A DNA stretch of 13,726 nt from a virus. Below the pieces are notes generated by a model. It saw only the letters and a list, made by a program, of their open reading frames with translations, was not told the DNA's origin and did no database searches. This document shows positions 1 through 7,662 of the stretch, in pieces. Within the stretch, counting starts at the first letter, position 1. Every line of letters starts with the position of its first letter. A program made the position numbers and the translations under genes. The stretch covers positions 1 to 13,726 of the IMG/VR virus record IMGVR_UViG_3300045988_103295, one strand, 5' to 3'.

Positions 1-134
1 ATTCCTATAATAAAAAAATAATTGTCGGTTCCCCAACGTCTGTGAGTTAGTTATAACTATCTGCCTATTAGTCACCTCTAACCACACTTATAAACAACAT
101 TCAATGCATAACGTCTGTTATATAACGAGGTATC

Positions 135-182
135 AACTCAACTGTCAGTAGAAAAATTTGTTCCAAAACTCAACTAACAGTA
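135..182 (+). promoter_or_regulatory. Two direct repeats AACTCAACTnnCAGTA (135..150 and 167..182), operator-like, just upstream of the ITR promoter -35
   Basis: The two 16-nt copies match at 14/16 positions and their starts are 32 bp apart (about 3 helical turns). The first copy contains the palindrome ACTGTCAGT (141..149). A mirrored copy lies in the right ITR at 13545..13592. Confidence 0.5.
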
Positions 183-184
183 TC

Positions 185-213
185 TTCACATCATCCGCCG
201 AATGTGCTATTAT
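185..213 (+). promoter_or_regulatory. Left-end early promoter inside the ITR
   Basis: -35 TTCACA (185..190), a 17-nt spacer ending in TGC (extended -10), and -10 TATTAT (208..213). The predicted start is near 220. The leader carries AAAGGGA (249..255) 7 nt before the ATG at 263. Confidence 0.65.
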
Positions 214-262
214 ATACGTGTAAAGAGGAAGGAAACCTCACAAACCAGAAAGGGAATTTTTT

Positions 263-490
263 ATGAAGACCGTGAAAATCTCCGCCGATGCTTACACCCG
301 TCTGAAGCTCGAGCGTATCTATGACACTCGCTCCTATCGCTACATTGTTGATGAGGACAAGGTTTACCGCATTGCCATTGATGCTCTTGACACGTCCTCC
401 GCTTTGGCTGACGCAAGCGACATTAACCCGCACGGCTGGGAGCGCGTTTATCTGCGTCTGTCTAATGGGGAGGTCAAGGAATATGTCTGA
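263..490 (+). CDS. Early protein, 75 aa, unknown function; N-terminus MKTVKISADAYTRLKLE looks like a ribbon-helix-helix/antitoxin-type strand-helix
   Basis: ATG lies 4 nt after the ITR boundary, with the SD AAAGGGA upstream. First gene downstream of the ITR promoter. Confidence 0.7.
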   Translation: MKTVKISADAYTRLKLERIYDTRSYRYIVDEDKVYRIAIDALDTSSALADASDINPHGWERVYLRLSNGEVKEYV

Positions 491-698
491 TTTCCGGGTT
501 TTAGCGGTACAGTATCTCCGGGCTCAAACACTCACCCAAATAACAGATTTAGCCCGCCGAAGTTACAAGGGTGTTACCCATGAAGAACGCGAAGCTCTAA
601 TTGCCATCGCACGGGTTATCACTCGTGAAATTATAGCAAAGAGGCAAGAAGCCCGCAGGAAGGCCGTGCATGATGAAACAGGCAAAGCTAACTCGTGA
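483..698 (+). CDS. Early protein, 71 aa, helical and charged, unknown function
   Basis: The ATG at 483 is preceded by GGGGAGG and overlaps the stop of the upstream gene. The longer 321..698 ORF version lies out of frame inside the first gene. Confidence 0.6.
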   Translation: MSDFRVLAVQYLRAQTLTQITDLARRSYKGVTHEEREALIAIARVITREIIAKRQEARRKAVHDETGKANS

Positions 699-900
699 GC
701 AAATCGCCGACTTGTACCGCAAGGGTTACACATTTACAAAATCTTACTATTATTGGACAGCATGTGAGGATGCCAACATAGCAAATCGCATAACTCGTGC
801 GGAATTCATGGCGCGTTCCATCGCAGAACCGCTTCTTGGCGTTGAACAAGTCCGGATTTATGAGAGATTATATAAAGGGAGGAAGCCAGATGCACGCTAA
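670..900 (+). CDS. Early protein, 76 aa, unknown function
   Basis: ATGATG start preceded by AGGAAGG. Same strand and operon as the flanking small genes. Confidence 0.6.
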   Translation: MMKQAKLTREQIADLYRKGYTFTKSYYYWTACEDANIANRITRAEFMARSIAEPLLGVEQVRIYERLYKGRKPDAR

Positions 901-1135
901 TTACTTACTCGCTTGTTACGACGCGGACGGAAAGGAATTGTTTGTTTGTTGCGACGGGAAAACCCGTTACCAGTTTTTCACACGCAAAGCAGCTGCGAAA
1001 GCGCTTGAAAAAGCAATTGAATGCATTTCCGCGGTGCAGTGCGCAAAGCTCTATCGTCGCCGCCGTACCGGTGGTTATCGCTGGGTTGCTACACGTTTTC
1101 GCGGAGGGGCACATCTTGCGGCATGGGGTGAATAA
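890..1135 (+). CDS. Early protein, 81 aa, Cys- and Arg-rich, unknown function
   Basis: The ATG at 890 is preceded by AAAGGGAGGAAG (875..886) and overlaps the upstream stop. The gene ends at the TAA that enters the terminator palindrome. Confidence 0.6.
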   Translation: MHANYLLACYDADGKELFVCCDGKTRYQFFTRKAAAKALEKAIECISAVQCAKLYRRRRTGGYRWVATRFRGGAHLAAWGE

Positions 1136-1157
1136 AGGGAGGGCATGCCCTCCCTTT
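1134..1157. terminator. Bidirectional intrinsic terminator between the convergent left and right transcription units
   Basis: Perfect palindrome AAAGGGAGGGCA/TGCCCTCCCTTT. On either strand the GC-rich stem is followed by TTTATT. It sits between the stop at 1135 (+) and the stop at 1162 (-). Confidence 0.8.
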
Positions 1158-1161
1158 ATTG

Positions 1162-2616
1162 TTACACGCCAACCGCTATCCAGTCTACTGCGAACTGCTC
1201 ATGCGTCGATGTGCCGGAAAGCCTGATTTTAGCCGAACTTGTAGTTTTAGCAAAAATTAACTGGCTCCTTGTTACACTATCTGCTACTGCGCCCGTGTTG
1301 GCAAAAGTCGCAACCACAGTCGGGATTTCGGTAAATCCTGCCGACTGATAATCAATAATGGAGTCTTGGTCTTGGTACGCCAGCACATGCCCAGTTGCGA
1401 TTTTTGGCATATTCTGGAATTTGGCAATAGCTGTTTCCAAATCGGATAAGCGCGAATTGATAGAGGCTTTATCCGTCGGATAGTCCGATGTACCATTAAT
1501 AGCGGACCGATTATTCCAGCTCCAATTAAAGGCAGGGTTGATTCTGAGCGCCATTGGCACATTTTCCGACCAAACGCCGATGGTATCCCACAGCGTATTA
1601 TATTTCGATTCTGCGGGTTTCGTGCCGATTTTTTCCAGCGCCGATGAAGCGGTGGAAGCTGCCGTTGTTGCGGTTGACTTGGCAATAGCGGCGTTGTTGT
1701 CCGCCGTTTCCGCCTTGGTGTACGCCTCCTGCACTTCGGCTTCTACGTTACCTAATTCAGTAGCAAGTTGTCCAGTTTTTTCATCTACATACGACGTTGT
1801 TGCATATTGTTCGCCGCTGTCATTTCCTGCCACAAATACAAATGTTCGCACGCGGATGCGCATATAATCAGCTGTGTTTTCACCCTTGGAATTAGCTTCA
1901 ATTTCATAATGATTGTATTTTGCACCAGTTTCAGTAATAAGCGGTGAACATAACAAAATAATGTTATCAGAATTTCCAACATCCGTTACAACTGCCGTTT
2001 CGCGCTCAGCAATTGCGAAGTCGAACTCAGGCACAGTCGAAGAAGGTCTGAAGCGCGTTCCTCTTGCCGTATTTGCCGGAATGGAAATAACTGTTGTGCT
2101 GTTTTGCTTGACCAGCGAACCGGGTCTAAGCGCCCCCTCAATTGTGTTTAGACGCGCCTGAATAGTTCCTTTGGTAATATCATACATGCCATCAGTTCCA
2201 GCAATAGAACGATGATTTTCTTTTCCCTCCGCTTGCACTTGAAGCAATTTACTGCCGATTGCCTGTGTAGCGCCATATTCTCCAATGGTGCTCCAAATGC
2301 TGCCAAAATTTGGCACTGAAGGCTTTACGCCAATGTTTTTTTCCGCTTCCACCATTCGACCGTTTAGACCGCTGATGCTTGTCGTGTGTGCTGTAATCTG
2401 ATTTTGGAGCTCTTGGTCTGCGGTTGTTCGCGCGGAACGTTCGCCGCTGATTTTTTCGTCAAGCGCAGCATCTTGTTCGTCAACATATTCTTTGCTTACA
2501 TTGCCGCTTTTTTCCAGCGTATCAACTCTACCATCAAGTTCTTTGATTGATTTATAAGCCCAATCAAGATTCTGTTCGTGAAAATTCGTAAAGGGAAATT
2601 GCTCCCAAATACCCAT
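1162..2616 (-). CDS. Tail fibre / receptor-binding protein (gp12 position), 484 aa
   Basis: Last gene of the structural operon, RBS GGAGGTG. The N-terminus has heptad-like coiled-coil stretches. There are two tandem modules, each starting IGxKP...W.TIG. The C-terminal segment FTEIPTVVATF...FAVDWIAVGV resembles an H-type-lectin-like domain. Confidence 0.7.
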   Translation of the reverse strand: MGIWEQFPFTNFHEQNLDWAYKSIKELDGRVDTLEKSGNVSKEYVDEQDAALDEKISGERSARTTADQELQNQITAHTTSISGLNGRMVEAEKNIGVKPSVPNFGSIWSTIGEYGATQAIGSKLLQVQAEGKENHRSIAGTDGMYDITKGTIQARLNTIEGALRPGSLVKQNSTTVISIPANTARGTRFRPSSTVPEFDFAIAERETAVVTDVGNSDNIILLCSPLITETGAKYNHYEIEANSKGENTADYMRIRVRTFVFVAGNDSGEQYATTSYVDEKTGQLATELGNVEAEVQEAYTKAETADNNAAIAKSTATTAASTASSALEKIGTKPAESKYNTLWDTIGVWSENVPMALRINPAFNWSWNNRSAINGTSDYPTDKASINSRLSDLETAIAKFQNMPKIATGHVLAYQDQDSIIDYQSAGFTEIPTVVATFANTGAVADSVTRSQLIFAKTTSSAKIRLSGTSTHEQFAVDWIAVGV

Positions 2617-2632
2617 ATATTTACACCTCCTA

Positions 2633-3241
2633 TTAATACACCCAAATTAAAAACCGCTTTTGAAAATCCCGAATAACTGCATCATAGAAATTGAACATTG
2701 CAACGCGCCGTTCACTTTCCAGCATTTTCTGTGTTGTGGTTACGCCGATGTTACCATGAATACGCCCTTTTCGAGTTCCTGTGCTTGTTCCCGTTCCGGC
2801 ACTATCGCTTGTGTCCGCGCTGGTGCTTGCGCTGGTGCTTGCGCTATTGTCCGCAGGGTTTTGCAAATCATTGTAACCGTAAACCTGTTCTTTTGTTGAG
2901 CCGCTGGAAGTGTTGTTTGCGGAATTTGTATATCGTGAATTGTTTATGGTGCTTTCCTGCCATTCTTCAATTCTGTCATAATTTTCTATCGGATTATATT
3001 CCGCCGTTAGCGTTGCGGTAAGGTGTTCCCAGCTATATTGCGAGATGCTCGACCACACCCGAATTAGCGTTTTAAGTAAAGGTGGGGACGAATAAAGAAC
3101 GGGCATTTCTCCGCACTGCATCAATAGCGAATCAACGAAATCTTGCACCGATATATTAGAGGGAAATTCCACGCCGTCAAAGATGGAAGGGTCAAAATTA
3201 TACATTGTCGCCAGCATCACGCTCAATCTTATCACCTCCAT
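2633..3241 (-). CDS. Lower-collar-like / tail tube protein (gp11 position) with a Ser/Thr-rich low-complexity segment
   Basis: Assigned by synteny between the portal and fibre genes. The start is uncertain: the ATG at 3241 has no SD. Alternatives are TTG 3226 (GGAGG 8 nt upstream), ATG 3217, or ATG 3205 overlapping the portal stop. The function call rests on position only. Confidence 0.5.
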   Translation of the reverse strand: MEVIRLSVMLATMYNFDPSIFDGVEFPSNISVQDFVDSLLMQCGEMPVLYSSPPLLKTLIRVWSSISQYSWEHLTATLTAEYNPIENYDRIEEWQESTINNSRYTNSANNTSSGSTKEQVYGYNDLQNPADNSASTSASTSADTSDSAGTGTSTGTRKGRIHGNIGVTTTQKMLESERRVAMFNFYDAVIRDFQKRFLIWVY

Positions 3242-4121
3242 TTATGTCATGGTCAATCGGGTAACGTCTTTCACAGGTGATTGTCACGCCGAACGCGCTC
3301 TGAACCTTGCGGATGCAATCCTGTATGGTGTCAAACCATTGTGCAACGATTGTGTCGGTTTCAACGTCGTTCCGTTCCGCTTCAGCTGTAATCAACCGTT
3401 CTTTTTTGTCGGTGTTACAAGTCGGGATTCCTACGCGGGTGTCAAATTCTGCTTCAATTTGCCTCATGTTGGAAAGAATTCTGTCCGCAATATAGTTCTG
3501 TCCCACGTTCTGTGCGAATGGCGCCCACGAGGGGGATCCATCATCGTTAAAAAGGGCTTTATCCACCCATACCGCTAATTCTCCAGATGTTACCCTGTCC
3601 ATCAATTCTTTGCCAGTTTGTGCGGCATTTTTAGAACTGCACGCAAACACATAGGAAAGTTTAGAATTCATAATGTTCATTGCGAGCGATTCAACGGATG
3701 TTGCAAGTAAGTCCGCGTAATAATTAACAATGTCTAACGCGCCGTGATAATCGCGTTGCAACCGGAAAAGAACGCAATCCTTATCAATTTGCAAGCGCAT
3801 CGGTGGCAAAAGGGGATTTGCAATCATCACGGTTGTCGGTTGATAGAAAACATTGTATCCATACAATGCGCCAGCCTGCGGAATTACACCGTAACGCTTG
3901 CTGTTAAAAATCGCCACGCTTCCCCATGCATATAAACATCCGAGAAAATACGTATCGCTCCAACCTTCAGGCAAGCTCCATTTGAATTGACTTGTTAGTT
4001 TCTGGAATAAATAGCGCTGGTAGTATTGGAAAAGCGCCGTATTTTTGGTATGGCAAGTAGAGGGGGAAATACTCGACTCATAGGCATTAATACGGTTGTA
4101 ATCAAAGGGGGGATTATTCAC
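3198..4121 (-). CDS. Portal / upper collar connector protein (phi29 gp10 family), 307 aa
   Basis: Size matches phi29 gp10 (309 aa). GIPTCNTDKKERLITAEAERNDVETD parallels gp10 [26 protein letters not shown], and FKWSLPEGW parallels gp10 LFEWENLP. GTG start at 4121, preceded by GAGGAGG, with no in-frame ATG nearby. Confidence 0.85.
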   Translation of the reverse strand: MNNPPFDYNRINAYESSISPSTCHTKNTALFQYYQRYLFQKLTSQFKWSLPEGWSDTYFLGCLYAWGSVAIFNSKRYGVIPQAGALYGYNVFYQPTTVMIANPLLPPMRLQIDKDCVLFRLQRDYHGALDIVNYYADLLATSVESLAMNIMNSKLSYVFACSSKNAAQTGKELMDRVTSGELAVWVDKALFNDDGSPSWAPFAQNVGQNYIADRILSNMRQIEAEFDTRVGIPTCNTDKKERLITAEAERNDVETDTIVAQWFDTIQDCIRKVQSAFGVTITCERRYPIDHDINGGDKIERDAGDNV

Positions 4122-5580
4122 CGGTTTCCGCCTCCTCTATATAAAATCCTGATTGCATATAGCGTGTTAGTTCATCGCGTTCTTCTCCGTAACAATTAGT
4201 TACCGCCGACGTATCGGGATTATTTATAAGCGTATATCCTGATAAGTTTTCCAAATTAACTGTTGCGCAAAGAGGTCGCCCATTTATTTTGGCATTTTGT
4301 TCAGCAGTATATGTATATACAACATCTACATATTGCGGCATTGCGTATTTTGCAATAGAAGCGTTTGCTGAAAATGAGGATACAGAGCCAAAACCATCTG
4401 ACACCGAGGTTGCTATATTATTAATACTATCAGATACACTATTTAACGCTTTTGCATCCCCCAGAATCGCGGCACCGACGCCGCCTACACCAGCCGCGAC
4501 ACTTCCAGCTATTGAAATAACATCTTGCCCATATCCAGTTTGCGCTAATTGAATATCAACTCCAAATTGTGACTCCCGAACTCCTAACACATGATATTTG
4601 TTAGCCTCTGCGCCGCACAAATAATAAGCGATTGACCCTCCCGTTGTAAAATCTATATATGCCCTGATTGTTATATTTTCGCCATATTTAGTTAGCGACG
4701 TTGTGTCTACCTGAAAATAACCCCATGGGGCAAGATTGATTGCTATTTGCCTATACGGATAGCAATTTTTCCATTCATCCTGTTTAATATATCCAGTGCC
4801 GCAGTAAAAAGATTTTGTTGTAACGGTGGATGAAGATAACAGGCGCGCGGATGTGCCCGCCAATTCCCAACCTGAAACCTTAACAGTTGTTAAAGTATCT
4901 AATGTCGGTGGCTTTATAGGATACCATCTGCAAGATACGATATATTGAAAAGGATTTACAATAGCTTTTAACAGTTCCGCCGAAATTTCTGCAACATTTA
5001 CACCCATATAACTATAATCAGTTAGTAACTTACTTCTAAAATATGTAAATTGTGTTTGTGACATAACATAGTACGATACAGCACCAACTGCGGTAGCTTC
5101 CGCGCCGATGATACCTACAACATACCATCCCTCGGACATAACTGATACATAGCCAGTTCCATCTATTTCATAGGTTTGTTTTTCCCCTTTTGCCAAAATT
5201 GGCAAAGAAGTATCTATAATGCGTGAATTATACTTGCTTGCAGACCTGATAACATATTGCGTTGACTTCTTCAACCGCCCCCAAAAAGACGCTAATACAT
5301 CCGTACGCAATTCAAAAAAGACTCTGTTTCGCTCAAACGTTACATTTTCCACGAAATATGAGCGCTCAAACAATGGAATAAACACATAATTCACGCTTTG
5401 CGGTCTGTACCGGTTATTTGACCATATTAAACTTATAACAGGATTTTGTACATTTGTATTATCCTTCAATACAACATCATATTTTAGGCTATCTTCATAA
5501 GATGTTACCGATGGATTGTAGGTCGAATTTCTGCGTTTCCCGACATTGGTAAACCATGCTTCCATTCTTTTCATCTCCAT
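4114..5580 (-). CDS. Tail knob / distal tube protein (phi29 gp9-like), 488 aa
   Basis: The N-terminal segment NYVFIPLFERSYFVENVTFERNRVFFELRTDVLASFW resembles the conserved gp9 N-terminal block (...WFYAFVTELEF...HFEIDVLQTW). It lies immediately upstream of the portal gene, as in phi29. Confidence 0.7.
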   Translation of the reverse strand: MEMKRMEAWFTNVGKRRNSTYNPSVTSYEDSLKYDVVLKDNTNVQNPVISLIWSNNRYRPQSVNYVFIPLFERSYFVENVTFERNRVFFELRTDVLASFWGRLKKSTQYVIRSASKYNSRIIDTSLPILAKGEKQTYEIDGTGYVSVMSEGWYVVGIIGAEATAVGAVSYYVMSQTQFTYFRSKLLTDYSYMGVNVAEISAELLKAIVNPFQYIVSCRWYPIKPPTLDTLTTVKVSGWELAGTSARLLSSSTVTTKSFYCGTGYIKQDEWKNCYPYRQIAINLAPWGYFQVDTTSLTKYGENITIRAYIDFTTGGSIAYYLCGAEANKYHVLGVRESQFGVDIQLAQTGYGQDVISIAGSVAAGVGGVGAAILGDAKALNSVSDSINNIATSVSDGFGSVSSFSANASIAKYAMPQYVDVVYTYTAEQNAKINGRPLCATVNLENLSGYTLINNPDTSAVTNCYGEERDELTRYMQSGFYIEEAETGE

Positions 5581-6314
5581 TTATTAGCCGCTTTGCAAAT
5601 AAACCAAATAGGCAAGCTATTCAGATTGATTTTTTGTAATTTATCATACCAATAATTAGCCCATTGAATACGATATTTGCTCGTCGCTTCCCAATCCGTG
5701 ATTGCAGGGCGCTCATAGCATAGACAAAAACTCTTTGTCAACTGCTCAATATCTGTACTATCAGTAAAGTAAAAATCTTGGAAATCGGGATATATTGTGC
5801 CGCCCTCCCATTGATAGTTATGCTCTACCTCGTACATAATGCGCGCTATCTGGATGCTTCCGTTATACCAACAATCGAGCCCCGAATAGGCGCCATTTGT
5901 TCCAAATATTTCAAGCGCCCAATCTATATATTTGTCCGCGCCTGTCCATTGTACAAGCCCAAAACCGTATTTTTTCTCGGTATTTTGCTTGTAATTATTG
6001 GGGTCGGGACTCGGCGCATGTCCGCCTTGCCATATGGCGGGATTGAGTGTAGATTCCCGGCACATATTCCCCAGCATTGCCGCTATTTGTGGGACTTTCC
6101 ATCCGTTTTTATACAGACCAGTTGCAATAAGTACGCCGTTTGTTTCGCTCGCTGTCTCATGGTCTTGATAGTCAAAATATGGGTCGTCGTATATACTATA
6201 ATACCACTCCTGCGGCAACCGAAACGGCTTGTACCAATGGGGATAGCGGGTTGCTGTGCTGTCCACAGCAGGGACTATGTTGCTACCGGGCATCCTCTGT
6301 CTATCTCCTGCCAT
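5571..6314 (-). CDS. Virion-associated peptidoglycan hydrolase (phage tail lysozyme domain), 247 aa
   Basis: GNMCRESTLNPAIWQGG and YGFGLVQWTG match the signature of the phage tail lysozyme family (GN..ES.NP / GiGlaQWT). The ATG at 6314 is preceded by AGGAGG. The upstream ORF extension to 6386 lacks an SD. Confidence 0.75.
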   Translation of the reverse strand: MAGDRQRMPGSNIVPAVDSTATRYPHWYKPFRLPQEWYYSIYDDPYFDYQDHETASETNGVLIATGLYKNGWKVPQIAAMLGNMCRESTLNPAIWQGGHAPSPDPNNYKQNTEKKYGFGLVQWTGADKYIDWALEIFGTNGAYSGLDCWYNGSIQIARIMYEVEHNYQWEGGTIYPDFQDFYFTDSTDIEQLTKSFCLCYERPAITDWEATSKYRIQWANYWYDKLQKINLNSLPIWFICKAANKWR

Positions 6315-6387
6315 GTTGCGCCTCCTGCATTTTCTGGTAAAGTTATTTACCAACACATTTTGGAAAATCGCACAGAATCGCCTCAAA

Positions 6388-6465
6388 AGTAATAGCCCTG
6401 TATTTCTATGTTATTAACTTGGGCGCCTTATAGGGCCTGTTTTGTGCGAATACAGGGCTATTACT
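6388..6465 (-). terminator. Long hairpin after the capsid gene: 17-bp perfect inverted repeat around a 44-nt loop, followed by UUUU on the minus strand
   Basis: AGTAATAGCCCTGTATT (6388..6404) pairs with AATACAGGGCTATTACT (6449..6465). On the minus strand it begins 6 nt after the capsid stop and is followed by TTTTGAGG. Confidence 0.45.
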
Positions 6466-6471
6466 ATTAAG

Positions 6472-7647
6472 TTAATCCATCAGAATAACAATACCCTTTT
6501 CAGTAAAGTCAATGGCGTGTCGCTCGTTGTACTTCCAGAAAATATTGTAATACTCGCCCTTTGCGTTTGGCGGAGTCACCCTCTGCCGCGTGAGAATCGG
6601 ACTATAGCCGAATGCGTCACGGTCGCAAATAATCCCAAGCACGTTGCCCTGATTTACATCAGCCGTCGCCGTTGCAATAGTGCCGTCAGCATCGAGGTAC
6701 TGAGGCTTTACAACATTGATTTTCTGAGGGTCGGTCATAATCTGCCAGTAATTGACATATTCAACATCGCCCGCCATGCGAAGGAAATTGTCATGGAAAG
6801 TGTCCGCGAGCGCCATCATGTTAGTTTGATGCATAAACATCGAGTTAAGATAAACACGCTGTGCGGACTTTGGGCTGTGCTGGAGGAATACGCCATCTGC
6901 ACTATTGGTCTGATAAAGACTGGAATATTCTGTCAGCATATCGGACAAGTTAGCAAGACGGGAAAAAGCCCACTGTGTAAACGCTTTATAATTTGCGGGT
7001 TGCATAACGGTTGTAGCGGTTAGCTCAAGCCCTGTCAGCGTGTTATACTCTGTGAGCAGATGAATAACATCGGCTTTCTGTGCAATCTTGCCAGCGGCAA
7101 ACCCGGCAACGGTTGCGCGCGCGGTTTCTTCGTGCGTCTTCTCAATTTTGTTATTCATATTGGTCAGAATCATCGAAATAAATGCACCGAAATCTTCTGC
7201 AGAATTGAACGCCGTGTTTAACTGCGTTTCAAAAATAGTTTTTTCGTATTCGTAGCTTTGCTGACCATAAAAGTTAAACTGCGCAACCTTTGGTTTATGA
7301 ATCGTGTACTGGTCAACGCTTTCGCCGTCCGTCAAGTCGCAATAGGGATTATCTGTCAGGTCGTCAGGGTCGTCGATTGTCTTAATTTTCCTCACCCAGT
7401 TTCCCCACTGGTCGCCGGGAATCCGCATACCCTCAAACTTCGCTTTGTATGGGCGGCTGGAAAAAATTGTACGCGAAAGCATCTGCGAAATTGCGTTCAT
7501 TACAGGGTCGGCGCCCGTTTTCAACGCCTTCTGTCCGAGCGTCAACAACTGCTTAGTGTCAAGCGCGGCTGTATCCTGCCCGGTTGCATCTTTAAGCACT
7601 GCTTTCAGCAGGGTGCTAATTTTATCAATAGTCAGCGTATTCGCCAT
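6472..7647 (-). CDS. Major capsid protein, 391 aa
   Basis: Large ORF directly after the scaffold gene, with RBS GGAGGTG 7 nt upstream. Position and size fit the picovirus-type capsid gene. No diagnostic motif was recognised by eye. Confidence 0.75.
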   Translation of the reverse strand: MANTLTIDKISTLLKAVLKDATGQDTAALDTKQLLTLGQKALKTGADPVMNAISQMLSRTIFSSRPYKAKFEGMRIPGDQWGNWVRKIKTIDDPDDLTDNPYCDLTDGESVDQYTIHKPKVAQFNFYGQQSYEYEKTIFETQLNTAFNSAEDFGAFISMILTNMNNKIEKTHEETARATVAGFAAGKIAQKADVIHLLTEYNTLTGLELTATTVMQPANYKAFTQWAFSRLANLSDMLTEYSSLYQTNSADGVFLQHSPKSAQRVYLNSMFMHQTNMMALADTFHDNFLRMAGDVEYVNYWQIMTDPQKINVVKPQYLDADGTIATATADVNQGNVLGIICDRDAFGYSPILTRQRVTPPNAKGEYYNIFWKYNERHAIDFTEKGIVILMD

Positions 7648-7662
7648 ATTTTAACACCTCCA

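Larger units (their letters stand above)
1..258. repeat. Left inverted terminal repeat (258 bp)
   Basis: Bases 1..258 are the exact reverse complement of 13469..13726. Identity stops at 258/13469 (next bases t vs g). This is the expected terminus of a protein-primed linear genome. Confidence 0.97.

Noticed and set aside
321-482. N-terminal extension of the second early gene (125-aa version starting at 321).
   Set aside because: It lies out of frame entirely within the first gene and lacks an SD. The internal ATG at 483 has GGGGAGG upstream and overlaps the upstream stop.
1284-1685. Alternative-frame minus-strand ORFs nested in larger genes: 1284..1685, 1785..1982, 8015..8257, 8538..8726 and 12430..12786.
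   Set aside because: They are nested inside longer ORFs that have motifs, synteny and an RBS. None has its own SD, and their composition is biased (Arg/Pro/Gln-rich).
2819-2842. Short 12-nt duplication (GCTGGTGCTTGC x2) in the collar-like gene.
   Set aside because: There are only about 2.4 copies, and they encode part of a generally Ser/Thr/Ala-rich segment. This is low-complexity coding sequence rather than a distinct repeat feature.
6315-6387. Possible promoter for the tail genes (TGGTAAATA, extended -10-like) upstream of the tail lysozyme gene.
   Set aside because: The -10 hexamer matches TATAAT poorly and lacks the conserved final T. No acceptable -35 lies at 16 to 18 nt spacing.
5778-7023. 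Plus-strand ORFs 5778..6392 (204 aa) and 6442..7023 (193 aa).
   Set aside because: They are antisense to the tail lysozyme and capsid genes, which carry recognisable motifs or an RBS. Their composition is Cys/Arg/Leu-rich, as is typical of reverse-frame artefacts, and they have no SD.
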